A stretch of DNA of 32,000 nucleotides from Alkanindiges illinoisensis DSM 15370 (GTDB lineage Bacteria; Pseudomonadota; Gammaproteobacteria; Pseudomonadales; Moraxellaceae). The DNA is taken from contig NZ_JHUX01000008.1 in NCBI RefSeq assembly GCF_000619845.1, positions 30,001-62,000 on the forward strand, read 5' to 3'. The notes below the pieces were generated by a model. It was not told the DNA's origin. It saw only the letters and a program-made list of their open reading frames with translations, and made no database searches. Made by a program: the position numbers and the translations under genes. Shown in pieces: positions 9,366 to 17,040 of the stretch. How positions within the stretch are numbered: position 1 is the stretch's first letter; the number at the start of each line of letters is the position of its first letter.

Positions 9366-10895
9366 ATGCTTAGAGTACACTCATTGTTCCTGTTAATAAA
9401 AATGGAATTTGTCGTGCAATTGCTTCGTCAGGCTCAGCTTCCCTACAGTTATGCCAAACGTCATGGTGTGCTACTCCAGTTTGACGGTGAGCAAGCCATT
9501 ATCGTGCGTCGGCAAAATGCGCCCTTACCGGCACTTACCGAAGCCCGTCGCTTTCTGGGTGCGACTGCTTCTTATAAAACCGTGGCTGACGAAGAATTTT
9601 CACGCCTGCTGGCTGCCTCATTTGCAGGTGATACCGGAGAGTCGCAACAGGTTGCAGCAGGTCTGGAAGATCACCCCGATTTGTTAAGCCTTGCCGATCA
9701 GGTGCCGGAAACTGAAGACCTGATGGATCAGGAAGACGATGCACCCATCATTCGTCTGATCAATGCCTTGCTGAGCGAAGCCATTCGTCTGGGTGCATCG
9801 GATATTCATATTGAATCGTTTGAAAAACGCTTGTCCGTGCGCCTGCGCGTGGATGGACAATTGCGTGAAATTGTACAACCGCGCCGGGAACTGGCACCGC
9901 TGCTGGTCTCACGGATCAAGGTCATGGCACGACTGGATATTGCCGAAAAACGCATTCCGCAGGATGGCCGTATTTCCCTGCGACTGGCGGGCCGTGAAGT
10001 GGATGTACGTGTCTCGACCCTGCCATCCAGCCATGGTGAACGGGTAGTAATGCGTTTACTCGATAAACAGGCAGGCCGCCTCAACATGACCCATCTGGGT
10101 TTGATGAAAGATGACTATGAGCGCCTGACGCATCTGATTCACCGTCCGCATGGCATTATTCTGGTCACTGGCCCTACCGGTTCCGGTAAAACCACCACCC
10201 TGTATGCTGCACTCACTGACCTCAATGACAATACCCGTAATATTTTAACTGCCGAAGACCCAATTGAGTACCAGCTTGAAGGCATTGGCCAGACCCAGGT
10301 CAATACCAAGGTCGACATGACCTTTGCCCGTTCCTTGCGTGCCATGTTACGTCAGGATCCTGATGTGGTGATGGTGGGTGAAATCCGTGACCTTGAAACC
10401 GCTGAAATTGCCGTACAGGCCTCATTAACAGGCCACTTGGTATTATCCACCCTACACACCAATACGGCAGTTGGCGCCGTCACCCGACTAAAAGACATGG
10501 GGATTGAGCCATTTTTGCTGTCTTCTTCCTTAATTGGCGTGATTGCCCAGCGGCTGGTGCGCACTTTGTGTAAACATTGCCATACATGGCGCGAAGCGGA
10601 CAGCTACGAGCAGCAATTATTTAGCCAAGTGCAATTGACTGAGCCGTTAAAAATTCCGGTGGCGCAGGGCTGTGAGCAATGTAATCAGTTGGGCTTTAAT
10701 GGCCGTACTGCGATTTATGAAGTAGTGCCCGTTGATGATGCCATGCGACGCCTGATTCATGGCAATGCAGCAGAGCATGAGCTGGAAGCCTATGCGCGTA
10801 GTTATGCGCCCTCCATTCGCCATGATGGCTTGCTGAAAGTCTTGCAGGGTAAAACAACGGTAGAAGAAGTATTAAGAGCCACGCAGGAAGAGTAA
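9366..10895 (+). CDS. gspE: Type II secretion system ATPase GspE
   Basis: It has the N1 domain motif LPYSYAKRHGVLL, Walker A GPTGSGKTT, Asp/His boxes (ILTAEDPIEY, MVGEIRD, TGHLVLSTLHTN) and the tetracysteine CKHC...CEQC motif typical of GspE. The real start may be the ATG at 9402 (MEFVVQLLRQ). Confidence 0.92.
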   Translation: MLRVHSLFLLIKMEFVVQLLRQAQLPYSYAKRHGVLLQFDGEQAIIVRRQNAPLPALTEARRFLGATASYKTVADEEFSRLLAASFAGDTGESQQVAAGLEDHPDLLSLADQVPETEDLMDQEDDAPIIRLINALLSEAIRLGASDIHIESFEKRLSVRLRVDGQLREIVQPRRELAPLLVSRIKVMARLDIAEKRIPQDGRISLRLAGREVDVRVSTLPSSHGERVVMRLLDKQAGRLNMTHLGLMKDDYERLTHLIHRPHGIILVTGPTGSGKTTTLYAALTDLNDNTRNILTAEDPIEYQLEGIGQTQVNTKVDMTFARSLRAMLRQDPDVVMVGEIRDLETAEIAVQASLTGHLVLSTLHTNTAVGAVTRLKDMGIEPFLLSSSLIGVIAQRLVRTLCKHCHTWREADSYEQQLFSQVQLTEPLKIPVAQGCEQCNQLGFNGRTAIYEVVPVDDAMRRLIHGNAAEHELEAYARSYAPSIRHDGLLKVLQGKTTVEEVLRATQEE

Positions 10896-10945
10896 GTAAA
10901 TAGTTTTCAAAATTTAAGATTAGATAAAGCACTGAGAATACTAAT

Positions 10946-12130
10946 ATGTCAAATGACTTAAATAATTCAACTGACCATGACATACGGCTTGAGCAAAGCA
11001 GTAATATTGTACCGCTTGATCAGGACGCTATACCGAATTTAAATACGCAGATTGATGAGTTTATTCATTCAGTTATTACATTGGATATTCAGCAAAAAGA
11101 TTTTCAAGATAAAGTAAATAGTGTTCATCAATTAGGTCAGCAAACAGTTGTAAAGACTGCCGGCTTTAGTCAGCGCTTACTATCACGATCCATAAAAAAA
11201 ATGGATGATGATGAAGAGGCTAAAGGTATTGGTCAAAGTTTAATTGACCTTAAACAAACCCTTGAAGCATTAAATCCTGCCAACAATACTAGTTTTTTCA
11301 GTAAACGGAAATTGCTGGGCTTTATTCCCTTTGGCAGCAAAATAGAAGATTATTTTGATAAATATAAATCGGCGGAAGCACATTTATCAACCATTTTGAT
11401 TGCTTTGGATAAGGGTAGAGATGAGTTATTAAAAGATAACATTGGTATAGAACATGATAAAAAACAACTTTGGACACTGATGCAACAATTAGAGCAATAT
11501 ATCTATATTGGCCGGCAGCTGGAGCAAATTTTAACTGAAAAACTATATGATATTGAGTTGCAGCATCCTGAAAAGGCAAGAGTGATTAAAGAAGAAGTAG
11601 TGTTTTATTTGCATCAAAAAATAACTGATTTACTGACACAACAAGCTGTCGGTATGCAATCTTATTTATCACTTGATTTGATTCGCAAGAATAATTTTGA
11701 ATTAATTAAAGGTGTAGAGCGTGCTACCACCACGACTGTAGCAGCATTGCGTACCGCGATTGTGGTCGCACAGGCCTTAGCTAATCAGAAGTTGGTTTTA
11801 AAACAGGTTGATGCCGTTAATAAAACGACTGAAGATTTAATTGTTGCTACAAGTAAAATGTTAAAAAACCAAACTAAAGATATTCAAATACAGGCGAGTA
11901 GTAGTGTAATTAATTTGGATAAACTACAGACTGCTTTTAACAATACTTTTGAAACAATTAATATGGTCAATGATTTTAAAATTCAGTCAATTGACAAAAT
12001 GCATAAAAATATTGAGGTATTAAACCAGCAATTAGAAACAGCAAGAAGCTATCTGGATCAAAATAAGGAATATGAAGTAAAAACACATCTTGCAAGTCAT
12101 CAGATTAAAAGTGACAACGGGAACATTTAA
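10946..12130 (+). CDS. telA: TelA-family (toxic anion resistance / KlaB-YaaN-like) protein, 394 aa
   Basis: The protein is all-helical and soluble. TelA-like blocks are present: ALDKGRDELLKDNIGIEHDKKQLWTLMQQLEQYIYIG and FYLHQKITDLLTQQAVGMQSYLSLDLIRKNNFELIKGVERATTTTVAALRTAIVVAQAL. The gene is strongly AT-rich compared with gspE, which ends 50 nt upstream. Confidence 0.85.
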   Translation: MSNDLNNSTDHDIRLEQSSNIVPLDQDAIPNLNTQIDEFIHSVITLDIQQKDFQDKVNSVHQLGQQTVVKTAGFSQRLLSRSIKKMDDDEEAKGIGQSLIDLKQTLEALNPANNTSFFSKRKLLGFIPFGSKIEDYFDKYKSAEAHLSTILIALDKGRDELLKDNIGIEHDKKQLWTLMQQLEQYIYIGRQLEQILTEKLYDIELQHPEKARVIKEEVVFYLHQKITDLLTQQAVGMQSYLSLDLIRKNNFELIKGVERATTTTVAALRTAIVVAQALANQKLVLKQVDAVNKTTEDLIVATSKMLKNQTKDIQIQASSSVINLDKLQTAFNNTFETINMVNDFKIQSIDKMHKNIEVLNQQLETARSYLDQNKEYEVKTHLASHQIKSDNGNI

Positions 12131-12143
12131 TATTATTAAACTA

Positions 12144-12176
12144 AGGATTTAATTTTATATTTAATAATTAAATCCT
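12144..12176. terminator. Perfect 11-bp AT-rich hairpin between convergent genes (candidate bidirectional terminator)
   Basis: aggatttaatt (12144-12154), an 11-nt loop, then aattaaatcct (12166-12176). It sits between the telA-like stop (12130) and the stop of the 322-aa gene (12205). There is no clean U-run on the plus side, and the minus side has a modest one. Confidence 0.45.
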
Positions 12177-12204
12177 GATTCAAAGCTTTATTCTTGGAGT
12201 GATT

Positions 12205-13173
12205 TTATTGAATGTAAAAATAACTTCCATGATAGCCACCTTGAAATGTAAAATCATCTTTACCTGTAATCTCTTTGACAGATTTTTTCAGTTTTTCAGT
12301 TAATTGGTAACTATAAAAATACGGATAGTTTAACTTAATACATCCTCGACAAAAAGATTCCTCATAAGTATTAATAAATACAGGAATATCAAAGGGTAAT
12401 CCCTTAATTTTCTGGGATTCATAACCAGTAAGGATTATAGCTTTAATATTTTTGCTTTTAGTGTGTACATCCCATACAGCATTATTATAAGCATTTAAAA
12501 TCAGTATGGTTGGGGGTATCTGATCAGCAATTTCTATCTCAACACTAAAATTTGTGTATGGAGAAGAAGGATGCCAATAAGCATAATCCGCACACATAGA
12601 AGCTTGGTTTGAATTAGCCTGATTATATCCTTCTAGTGCTTCACAAATTGCAAATAAATTACGATCATCTGTCTCTTCGGTTGAAGAAGGATCATGTACA
12701 GCAATAACTACAATTTGAGCATTTTTTGCTAACTGCTTAAGGCTCTGCGGATTTATAGGTTTAGCATATAAAGCACGTTTAGCTTGATCACTGCTCAATT
12801 CTTTTTTAAATTTCTTAAATTTTTGATCGTAACTATCTTTGTCTTTTTGCCTTAGTTTCGCTAATGATTTTTTAAAAATTTGGTCTTGCTCTGTTATAAC
12901 TGTTTGTTCCGTAGAGTCTTCTTCAATATTATCTAAATTTTGCTTGATTTGTTCAGCATAAGTTTTTGCATGTGCAGCATCTACTTTAGCAATTCGTGCA
13001 GCATCTATAGCTGCCTTTAATTGTCTCTGATCGTTAGTATACCTTCCATTACTAACCTGATGCTTAATGCCTATTATAAATAAAGTTGCAATAACAAAAA
13101 TAAAATTAATTCCTATTACCATAAAAGAATAATTATGAAATATCTTTATATATAATATAATTTTTTTAAACAT
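12205..13173 (-). CDS. Single-pass membrane protein of unknown function (322 aa), paralog of the 226-aa protein
   Basis: It has a Lys-rich N-terminus and one TM helix (FMVIGINFIFVIATLFIIGI), then an Ala-rich helix (QLKAAIDAARIAKVDAAHAKTYAEQIKQ) and a K/D/Q-rich insert. The C-terminal domain shares the motifs PPTILILNAYNNAVW, AIILTGYESQKIKG and ITGKDDFTFQGGYHGSYFYI with the neighbouring gene. Confidence 0.7.
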   Translation of the reverse strand: MFKKIILYIKIFHNYSFMVIGINFIFVIATLFIIGIKHQVSNGRYTNDQRQLKAAIDAARIAKVDAAHAKTYAEQIKQNLDNIEEDSTEQTVITEQDQIFKKSLAKLRQKDKDSYDQKFKKFKKELSSDQAKRALYAKPINPQSLKQLAKNAQIVVIAVHDPSSTEETDDRNLFAICEALEGYNQANSNQASMCADYAYWHPSSPYTNFSVEIEIADQIPPTILILNAYNNAVWDVHTKSKNIKAIILTGYESQKIKGLPFDIPVFINTYEESFCRGCIKLNYPYFYSYQLTEKLKKSVKEITGKDDFTFQGGYHGSYFYIQ

Positions 13174-13219
13174 ATCATAGATTCTATTTTAAAAGTTATT
13201 AAAGTTTAATTGAAGAGAT

Positions 13220-13900
13220 TCAGATTTCATTTTTAATGAAAAATGATTCTGCATAATATTTTTCCTGATAAGAAGTAATAGCTTTCCTAGTTAATTTATA
13301 AACAGTTGTTGATATGGATTCATCCTGTGTATTGTATGTATTATGACTAAAAGCTGCACGTAATTCTCCCGTTACTCCTGTGACATGCTGAGAGCAGCAA
13401 CCACCAAAAATAATAGCATTAACTTCTGTGTTATCTTTTTTTTCAATAGTCCAATTAATAGGTTGATAGGCTATTAAAACAAGAGTAATAGGGTTTTTAG
13501 AGTTACTAATAATAACTTTAACCTGTTTTAAAGGTTGCTTGGTATTTTTTGTATAGCACTTTTCATAGGACATTTTTTCACATTCGGGAGTATACCAAGC
13601 ATATATATTTGAAATCTTTTTATCATAGATTCTGATGGCATGAACCTCAGTGTCTTGGCTTAGTTCAAGTGTGTTAGAGTTAAGCGAGTTCAGAGTGTCT
13701 TGTGCACTTGCAGCAGCTTCAGCTGCTTTTATAGCTGAATTTTTAGCATCTTGAGCTGCTTCCTGAATCGTATCCCTTATCATTTTGGCTTGGGTAACAT
13801 TAGCCTCAGTTTTATTGGGAATAGAGATAGGACGTATTATCATAAATAAAGTACTTAGGACAAAAATAGCATTCACCATTTTCACAGTATAAAAATGCAC
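13220..13900 (-). CDS. Single-pass membrane protein of unknown function (226 aa), paralog of the 322-aa protein
   Basis: The GTG start at 13900 lies 2 nt after the upstream TAA stop (13905-13903). A GAGGA Shine-Dalgarno sits within the last codons of the upstream gene. An alternative ATG is at 13879. The protein has one TM helix (AIFVLSTLFMII) and an Ala-rich helix (IQEAAQDAKNSAIKAAEAAASAQDTL). Its C-terminal domain carries PITLVLIAYQPINW, AIIFGGCCSQHVTG and LTRKAITSYQEKYYAESFFI. Confidence 0.7.
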   Translation of the reverse strand: MHFYTVKMVNAIFVLSTLFMIIRPISIPNKTEANVTQAKMIRDTIQEAAQDAKNSAIKAAEAAASAQDTLNSLNSNTLELSQDTEVHAIRIYDKKISNIYAWYTPECEKMSYEKCYTKNTKQPLKQVKVIISNSKNPITLVLIAYQPINWTIEKKDNTEVNAIIFGGCCSQHVTGVTGELRAAFSHNTYNTQDESISTTVYKLTRKAITSYQEKYYAESFFIKNEI

Positions 13901-13902
13901 TT

Positions 13903-14631
13903 TTAGTCCTCAGCTTCTATTTTAAAGAACTGATAAGGTTTTAATTTTTGATTTAAAAATTCAGCATGTAATGTAAGGCCAGTTAAATTATCAGCCAAAA
14001 TATTATCTAGCATTGTATATAATTCATTTTTGAGTAATTCAAGCTGTTCAATGAGCAAGTCTTTTGCAGTTTTTTCATCATTAATGATTCGATTACTTGC
14101 ATAGTAGCGGGGAATTTTTAAATAATTTTCTATAGTAGGTTGTAAGTATTCATATACAATTTTTTGAGTCTTATTAATTTCTAAAGAGAAAACATCATTA
14201 CGTGTTTCAGTTTGTTGATAGAGCATTAATAGTATTTGGTAAATCTCATTCAATATTTTTGTTGCACTATAGGGTAACTCAAGTTGATGGGTAATTTTTA
14301 ATTGCAAAAAATCATCGATAAAAGGGCTAATTTTATTCCGAGCATGTGAATCTTTATGTTGTATAGTTGGTAAATTCTCTGTGAGAGAAAAAACTGGTTC
14401 AGAAGTTGAAACATTCAAATCTGTAGAAGATTCTTTTTCATTATAGTTTTGATCTGAGGGAAATATTTTTACGGCAGCAAACCAACCAGCACTGTAAAAA
14501 ATAATTAGGACTGTTAACCATGACCAAGTGATTACTCCCATCCAAATCATTACGTAGCCAACAATAGTACTAATACATCCTATAAGGTGTTGGCGAGAAC
14601 TTAGAAATATTTGGGCTTGGGTGGAAGACAT
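13903..14631 (-). CDS. Two-TM membrane protein with cytoplasmic helical domain (242 aa), XpaC-like (putative TelA partner)
   Basis: An N-terminal TM hairpin (LIGCISTIVGYVMIWMGVI / WSWLTVLIIFYSAGWFAAV) is followed by a linker and a helical C-terminal domain (KIVYEYLQPTIENYLKIPRYY...LLIEQLELLKNELYTMLDNILADNLTGL). The architecture matches what I recall for the XpaC family, which is encoded next to TelA/YaaN in Firmicutes. The assignment rests on architecture, not on a search. Confidence 0.6.
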   Translation of the reverse strand: MSSTQAQIFLSSRQHLIGCISTIVGYVMIWMGVITWSWLTVLIIFYSAGWFAAVKIFPSDQNYNEKESSTDLNVSTSEPVFSLTENLPTIQHKDSHARNKISPFIDDFLQLKITHQLELPYSATKILNEIYQILLMLYQQTETRNDVFSLEINKTQKIVYEYLQPTIENYLKIPRYYASNRIINDEKTAKDLLIEQLELLKNELYTMLDNILADNLTGLTLHAEFLNQKLKPYQFFKIEAED

Positions 14632-14793
14632 ATGTTCTCTATTATGAAATTATATGAATATATAAAATAAAGTTTAATTCCTGCAATTAACTAAAGCTAG
14701 CGCTTTATTAGCGGATATAATTTTATGGCAGCGAGTGTTAGCCTAAGGGATTGTAAGTCAAATTAGCCAAACCTACTATACAAAGAGAATCCC

Positions 14794-15498
14794 ATGTTTA
14801 CCGGAATTATCCAAGCGGTTGCCACCATTGAAAATGTCACTGATGTCGCAGGGATTCGCACCTTTGTCATCCACTTTCCAGCAGGCTTTTGCCAGGACTT
14901 GCAGATTGGTGCCAGCGTGGCCATTGATGGCACTTGCCTCACTGTTACCCAAATCATTGATGCCAACACCACCAGCTTTGATGTCATGTTACAAAGCTTG
15001 CAAATTACCACACTGGGGGAGTATCAGGCTGGCACCCAGGTCAATGCCGAGCGGGCTGCCAAGGAAGGTGCTGAAATTGGCGGGCATCCACTGTCAGGAC
15101 ATATTGATTTTACCGCAACCCTTCTGGACATTAGGCAATATGACAATAATTTTTGCTATCGCATTGGTGTCGCACCGCAATGGATGAAATATATTTTTTC
15201 CAAAGGTTATATTGCTATTAACGGCACTAGTCTAACGCTGTTTGAAGTCAATAAAACTGAGCACTGGTTTGAAGTCTGGCTGATTCCTGAAACCCGCCGT
15301 ATGACCGTTTTTGCACAAAAGAAAGCAGGTGATCGCTTAAACGTGGAAATTGAACGCAGCACACAGGTGCTTGTAGATACGATTCACGATGCGCTGGATG
15401 AAAAGCTGGGTGCTTTAGCGCCATTACTGGAAAAAATCATGCAGCAACAAGACATGGATTTGGCCAGTGATCTGGTTCAAACATTGCCTAAAGCATGA
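14794..15498 (+). CDS. ribE: Riboflavin synthase (alpha subunit)
   Basis: It begins MFTGIIQAVATIENV and contains the duplicated lumazine-binding repeat (GASVAIDGTCLTV and YIAINGTSLTL). Confidence 0.92.
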   Translation: MFTGIIQAVATIENVTDVAGIRTFVIHFPAGFCQDLQIGASVAIDGTCLTVTQIIDANTTSFDVMLQSLQITTLGEYQAGTQVNAERAAKEGAEIGGHPLSGHIDFTATLLDIRQYDNNFCYRIGVAPQWMKYIFSKGYIAINGTSLTLFEVNKTEHWFEVWLIPETRRMTVFAQKKAGDRLNVEIERSTQVLVDTIHDALDEKLGALAPLLEKIMQQQDMDLASDLVQTLPKA

Positions 15499-15522
15499 TT
15501 TTAGCTTCAGAAAAATTTTAAA

Positions 15523-16392
15523 TTAGAAATCTTTTAATAAACCCAAGCGACGGTGCCGCATCAGGGGCATGGATTCACGCCGTTTCTGGATAGTGGTGTG
15601 ATCAAATGTAGCAGCCACAATGCCCATACCCGCTTCCGTGCGTTCAGCCACGATTTCCCCCGCAGCATTACTGATGGCACTATGGCCCCATGTTTGGCGT
15701 AAAGGTTGCCGCGTACCATGAGTTCCCTGCTGTCCAGCACCCAAAACATAGCACTGCGTGTCAGCCGCACGGGCACGCAATAATAATTGCCAGTGCAGGC
15801 GACCTGTCATTTCAGTAAAGGCAGAAGGAGCAGTGAGAAAATCCGCTCCCTGTTTACGTAAGGCTAGGGCCAGTTCCGGAAATCGCAGGTCATAGCAAAT
15901 CATCATGCCAAGACGGCCAAATGGCGTATTGGCAACAACGATTTCATCACCGGGTTCAAAAGTGGCCGATTCCTGATAACTGCCCGTATTGTCACCCACC
16001 TGCACATCAAACAAATGAATCTTATCATAGCGAGCTACTGTTTTGCCTTCTGGGCTAATCAATAAGCTGGTGCTGCGAACACGGCTATTGGGCACAGTTT
16101 GACCATTAGGACGATACGGGCAGGGAATTGAACCGGCAACCAGCCATAGGTGATATGTTGCAGCCAGTTGCTGGAGCTGTTGCTGCAATTCGTCAAAACG
16201 CTCAGCTGTTTTTAGCTGTTGCCCCGCTGCAAAACAGGCAAAATTTTCTGGCAATACTAGCAGGGAGACATGCTGTTCACGTGCCTGCTGCATCAATAGC
16301 GCTGTATTGGCAAGATTCTGCGCAATCGAATCCTGCGAATTCATCTGCGCTACTGCAAACACAGGCAATTGATCTTGAAGGGAGCAAGTCAT
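15523..16392 (-). CDS. Carbon-nitrogen hydrolase family protein (nitrilase superfamily, Nit/YbeM-like amidase)
   Basis: The Glu-Lys-Cys catalytic triad is present in its usual contexts: LLVLPENF, RYDKIHLFD and GMMICYDLRFPE. Confidence 0.88.
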   Translation of the reverse strand: MTCSLQDQLPVFAVAQMNSQDSIAQNLANTALLMQQAREQHVSLLVLPENFACFAAGQQLKTAERFDELQQQLQQLAATYHLWLVAGSIPCPYRPNGQTVPNSRVRSTSLLISPEGKTVARYDKIHLFDVQVGDNTGSYQESATFEPGDEIVVANTPFGRLGMMICYDLRFPELALALRKQGADFLTAPSAFTEMTGRLHWQLLLRARAADTQCYVLGAGQQGTHGTRQPLRQTWGHSAISNAAGEIVAERTEAGMGIVAATFDHTTIQKRRESMPLMRHRRLGLLKDF

Positions 16393-16404
16393 GGGGCAGC
16401 GGGA

Positions 16405-17025
16405 TTAATGATACTGCGTTGAGGAAAGTTGCTGGGCAGCTTGCTGCTGGCGTTGTTCTTCTTGTTCGAGTTGTCTCACCAGCGGCTGAAACATATTGTG
16501 GTTGGCTTTATTCAGGCACATCAGGGTACGGTGGGCTTCCAGTACAGTATGCAGCATTTCACTGTGATCACCATGCTCTTCTGGCAATACCTGCGTACAG
16601 CATGCATCTGCCGGACAGTTCAGCATGACAAATACCTGACTTAAGCCCATGCTGTTGGCCAGCGTGGTGATATCAGGATTGGTGGTAATCATGACTGCCT
16701 GAATATTATGGATTTGCTGTAGCTTTAAACCCAGTTTCGCTAAAATGCCCAATACAGTGCTATCAATAAAGGTGGCCTTGGTCAAATCAACCAATGCACC
16801 TTTAATGCCAGTTTGCTGTTCTATTTTATCGAGAAGGTGATCAAGACTAATACAAGAGGTGGCTCGGACTTCACCAATAAGTTTGAATACGTGGGTACCA
16901 TCCAAGCCTGCATATTCAATATGACCAGTTGACATAAACATGCCATTTTCATACGGGGAGTAATAATTATCCCATAGCTCATGCACTTCGGCAAGTAAGC
17001 TGGTGGTAATTACCACCTTAAGCAT
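16405..17025 (-). CDS. STAS-domain protein (anti-sigma-factor-antagonist-like) with a C-terminal Cys/His- and Gln-rich extension
   Basis: The STAS core reads VFKLIGEV...GALVDLTKATFIDSTVLGILAKL and retains the Ser of the DS phosphorylation motif. A tail of about 70 aa follows (CPADACCTQVLPEEHGDHSEMLH...EQEEQRQQQAAQQ). Confidence 0.8.
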   Translation of the reverse strand: MLKVVITTSLLAEVHELWDNYYSPYENGMFMSTGHIEYAGLDGTHVFKLIGEVRATSCISLDHLLDKIEQQTGIKGALVDLTKATFIDSTVLGILAKLGLKLQQIHNIQAVMITTNPDITTLANSMGLSQVFVMLNCPADACCTQVLPEEHGDHSEMLHTVLEAHRTLMCLNKANHNMFQPLVRQLEQEEQRQQQAAQQLSSTQYH

Positions 17026-17040
17026 GGCTAATAAATAGGC

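Noticed and set aside
14632-14793. Possible FMN riboswitch upstream of ribE
   Set aside because: The 160-nt region is too short and lacks the conserved FMN-element stems and sequence blocks. Much of it belongs to the AT-rich island promoter side.
10896-14793. Classical mobile-element hallmarks (integrase, transposase, tRNA target, terminal inverted or direct repeats) flanking the AT-rich island
   Set aside because: None was found by eye at either boundary. The region is therefore reported as a compositional island, not as a defined mobile element.
16128-16628. A 166-aa plus-strand ORF spanning the C-N hydrolase / STAS junction
   Set aside because: It overlaps two well-supported minus-strand genes, and its sequence is Ala/Gly/Leu low-complexity. 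It is a shadow ORF.
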